Source: Candidatus Saccharimonadota bacterium (GTDB lineage Bacteria; Patescibacteriota; Saccharimonadia; Saccharimonadales; OFTM59). Taken from it: 64,000 nt of DNA. Below the pieces are notes generated by a model, which had not been told where the DNA came from, made no database searches, and saw nothing but the letters and a program-made list of their open reading frames with translations. The stretch's first letter is position 1. Each line of letters starts with the position of its first letter. The position numbers and the translations under genes were made by a program. Below are positions 60,146-64,000 of the stretch, piece by piece. The stretch lies in the NCBI GenBank assembly GCA_029260855.1, contig JAJDCK010000001.1, positions 1,705 through 65,704 of the forward strand. The letters are read 5' to 3'.

Positions 60146-61562
60146 TTGACTGACCGTACAGTATCAGCTCGTCCAGTATGTAGTTCTGTTCCGGGCTCAA
60201 GCTCTGCCTGGCCTTTAATTCTTCAATCTGTCTAAAGTAGTCTGCCAAGCGACTCTTATTGCCACCCCCAAATAGTTTTTGTTCTTTATAAATATTCCAT
60301 TCGGCACGTTCCTTGTCTGTTAGATATTTATAAAAATTACGTGCTTTATATAGGGGCAAAAGAGCCTGAAGCCGCTGGTCCTTAAAGTTTACGTCCAGAC
60401 CCGCCAGGTCATCACTTCCGGCCGCACGTACGATACTCATTTTGGTTTTGTCCAAGTCGCCAAAGAAACCTTCATACAAACGAGCATCTACGTCATCTTC
60501 TGTTTCTAGTAATCGTGCCTGCTGCTTTTCGTCTAACAGCTCCAGGGCGTGCAAAACAGATCCAATAAATTCTTTGCTTTCCTTTAAAACCTTAAGGTTT
60601 TTTTTGATTTGTGCCATGTTAAGCCCTAGCCGCTCCCTGCTTGCTTCGTCTAGAACCGACAAAGGGGCAATGGCTGGACATCTGTTAAACTGTATGGTTT
60701 TAATTGGTAAGCGCGGATCTGAGGAGTCTTTTTTCCAGCGCCATGCTTCAGCAAGAGCAGGAGGCGATAGTTTCAGAAACGGGGTCGGGTCCTCTCGCAA
60801 GTCATATACCAGTGCACCTTTTCTTTTCGGGTGATCTGCAAGCTTACGTACAATGGTGGTTTTTTGGTGTTTGTGGTCATATTTTCCGGAAGTATAAATA
60901 AATGGCTGATCCCTGTTTACCAGTTCATCAACTTGGTTGCGCCCGCGCATACTAAGCAGAAAATCAAAAAGCTTTGGTTGTTTGTTCTTAATAAGCCTGG
61001 CTAGCGCCAGGGTTGCGTTGACATCACTAAGCGCATCATGGGCATCATGATGATCCAGGTTGTTGATAGCTGCCATCAGCTCTAAGCGACAGCTTGGCTT
61101 GCCTGTAGAGTCCACTGGCCACTCAATACCATCCGGTCTAAGCGCCCTGGTCATCCTAACTACATCTAGCAAATCCCAACGCGAACGACCCTCTTGCCAC
61201 TGCCATTCATACGGATCATAGAAATTGCGATAGTGTAAATAGCGCATAAACTCGTCATCAAACCGCACAGTGTTAAACCCAGCGAAGATAGTATCGGGCA
61301 CGACAACCTCGGCATGGAATATTCTTAAGAAATCCGCCTCTGTAATACCGTCAGCGCGGCTTTGCTGAGGAGTTATACCAGTCACAAGCACCGCTGCTGG
61401 GTCAGGTAGCACGTCATCACTTAACGCAACCAAGAAGTTGTAAGGGTTGCCTAGCGGTTTTAGGTCTAGGTCTGTACGTTGACCAGCAAACTGCACAATA
61501 CGCGCATTCCTAGGGTTGAACCCTGATGTTTCTAGGTCATAAAAGAAAAAACTGGTTGCCAT
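60123..61562 (-). CDS. sbcB: Exodeoxyribonuclease I
   Basis: YDLETSG, QFAGQRTD, FDDE..R, AHDALSDV. Confidence 0.93.
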   Translation of the reverse strand: MATSFFFYDLETSGFNPRNARIVQFAGQRTDLDLKPLGNPYNFLVALSDDVLPDPAAVLVTGITPQQSRADGITEADFLRIFHAEVVVPDTIFAGFNTVRFDDEFMRYLHYRNFYDPYEWQWQEGRSRWDLLDVVRMTRALRPDGIEWPVDSTGKPSCRLELMAAINNLDHHDAHDALSDVNATLALARLIKNKQPKLFDFLLSMRGRNQVDELVNRDQPFIYTSGKYDHKHQKTTIVRKLADHPKRKGALVYDLREDPTPFLKLSPPALAEAWRWKKDSSDPRLPIKTIQFNRCPAIAPLSVLDEASRERLGLNMAQIKKNLKVLKESKEFIGSVLHALELLDEKQQARLLETEDDVDARLYEGFFGDLDKTKMSIVRAAGSDDLAGLDVNFKDQRLQALLPLYKARNFYKYLTDKERAEWNIYKEQKLFGGGNKSRLADYFRQIEELKARQSLSPEQNYILDELILYGQSIMPSDLG

Positions 61563-61641
61563 TGGGTACTAGTTTAGCACCCCCTAATTACACAGTCTTC
61601 ACTTATACACCTTTATGCTACAAGGATGCACGATTGATTTT

Positions 61642-62916
<1,275 letters not shown>

Positions 62917-62949
62917 TTAGTTAAGAGTACAGAGGTTAGGGGGTTGCGT

Positions 62950-63999
62950 CTAGTAGATAAACCGGTAGTTACTAAACTGGTCAGGGGTAATTGTGCGGTA
63001 AGTAACCCGACCCCACGACGGGTAGTTCATGTCTGATACCCGGAAAGAGCCGTCAGGATTTTCTTCCTCAACATATGCTACATGGCCGAGCCCACCGATA
63101 TTTGCATGCCACAAGACAGCTCCAGCAACAGGCTTAGTCCCTATGGTTAATCCTGAGCGCTGCGCTAAATAATACCAGCTAATAGCGTTACCAAGGTTTG
63201 TTGGCAGGGGCCTACCGGACTCAATACGGCGTCTGGCGGCATGCCAAGTACACCAGCCGTAGTCGTAGCCGTTACCACCGTAACGTGCGGTCATAGAGCC
63301 AACCGCAAAACTGTTGGCCGTTGCAGAGTAAATAGGACGTCTATTGGGCTGCACACCATCGGCAATAATGATACGGTCGCCTACTTGCAGGCCGCTTATT
63401 TCAGCATCGTTCATCTCAATCAATTTTTGCTTGTTAGCATTGTAGCGCTGCGACAAACTATCAACTGTATCCCCAGCCTTGACCACATAAACAATCCCGT
63501 TAGTTGGCGGAATAAACAGCTCCTGATTAGCTTGTAGATTATCGCCGCTCAGCCCGTTTGACCACCGTATTGAATCAGACGTAACACCAAACTTGGTGGC
63601 CAAACTCGCAACAGTGTCTCCTGGCTGGACTGCATACTTAGTGATGTCTTTTTTAGATTTAAGTTCGGTATTAACAATCTGGGGTTTGGCGACGACCGAG
63701 TTCTCTGCTGGCGAGACCGCTAGCTGCGCGTTTACACTGTCTGCATGATTTACCACGGCAACCGTTTCATCTAATCGCGTCATTTTAGCCACATGTACGG
63801 CAATGTCGGCTGAGGATAGCTGATCAAGCGGATTTGCAGGGGTGCCCGAATTAGCTGTTTTTGCAATTGCGTTATGAGCCACAGGACCTACCGCCGGGGA
63901 GTCGTTGGATACAAAAACAATAACCGCAGCCAGTAAAGCCAGATTTGCAAATAAAAGGCTATAGCGAACTACCCGTTTCTTAGAACGGTGGATATGCTT
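62950..63999 (-). CDS. LysM-LysM-CHAP peptidoglycan hydrolase, 5' end beyond window
   Basis: Two LysM repeats; CHAP GWCTW..GNA..W..GHVAYVE; frame stays open to the window edge with a TM helix. Confidence 0.9.
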   Translation of the reverse strand, partial: KHIHRSKKRVVRYSLLFANLALLAAVIVFVSNDSPAVGPVAHNAIAKTANSGTPANPLDQLSSADIAVHVAKMTRLDETVAVVNHADSVNAQLAVSPAENSVVAKPQIVNTELKSKKDITKYAVQPGDTVASLATKFGVTSDSIRWSNGLSGDNLQANQELFIPPTNGIVYVVKAGDTVDSLSQRYNANKQKLIEMNDAEISGLQVGDRIIIADGVQPNRRPIYSATANSFAVGSMTARYGGNGYDYGWCTWHAARRRIESGRPLPTNLGNAISWYYLAQRSGLTIGTKPVAGAVLWHANIGGLGHVAYVEEENPDGSFRVSDMNYPSWGRVTYRTITPDQFSNYRFIY

Positions 64000-64000
64000 C

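Overview
Core chromosomal window from a reduced-genome bacterium using the standard genetic code. It is most likely Candidatus Saccharibacteria/Patescibacteria, inferred from the Cys-less L32, acidic tails on S16/L25/KhpA, absent rimM and overall gene content. Most genes lie on the minus strand: nrdAB, sodA, trmD, rpsP, rnc, nusB, leuS, ddl, murF, ligA, htpX, lemA, uvrAC, rplY, sbcB and obgE, plus eight tRNAs. No rRNA or CRISPR array is visible. Main points of interest: (1) a small structured element with fixed ends and covarying stems that interrupts partial duplicates of two different tRNA genes (37.3-39.8 kb), with other tRNA-fragment repeats nearby; (2) a class Ic-like ribonucleotide reductase whose NrdA lacks the C-terminal redox cysteines, which appear instead on a separate 69-aa ORF between nrdA and nrdB; (3) a ~6.8 kb large-serine-recombinase island at the tRNA-Gly 3' end whose excision would swap the recombinase C-terminus; (4) a PaaX/Cas2-like gene bracketed by 34-bp repeats; (5) a free-standing LAGLIDADG ORF ending in a tRNA-Leu anticodon loop; (6) two candidate kissing-loop small RNAs. 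All calls come from reading the sequence by eye; no database searches or folding programs were run.
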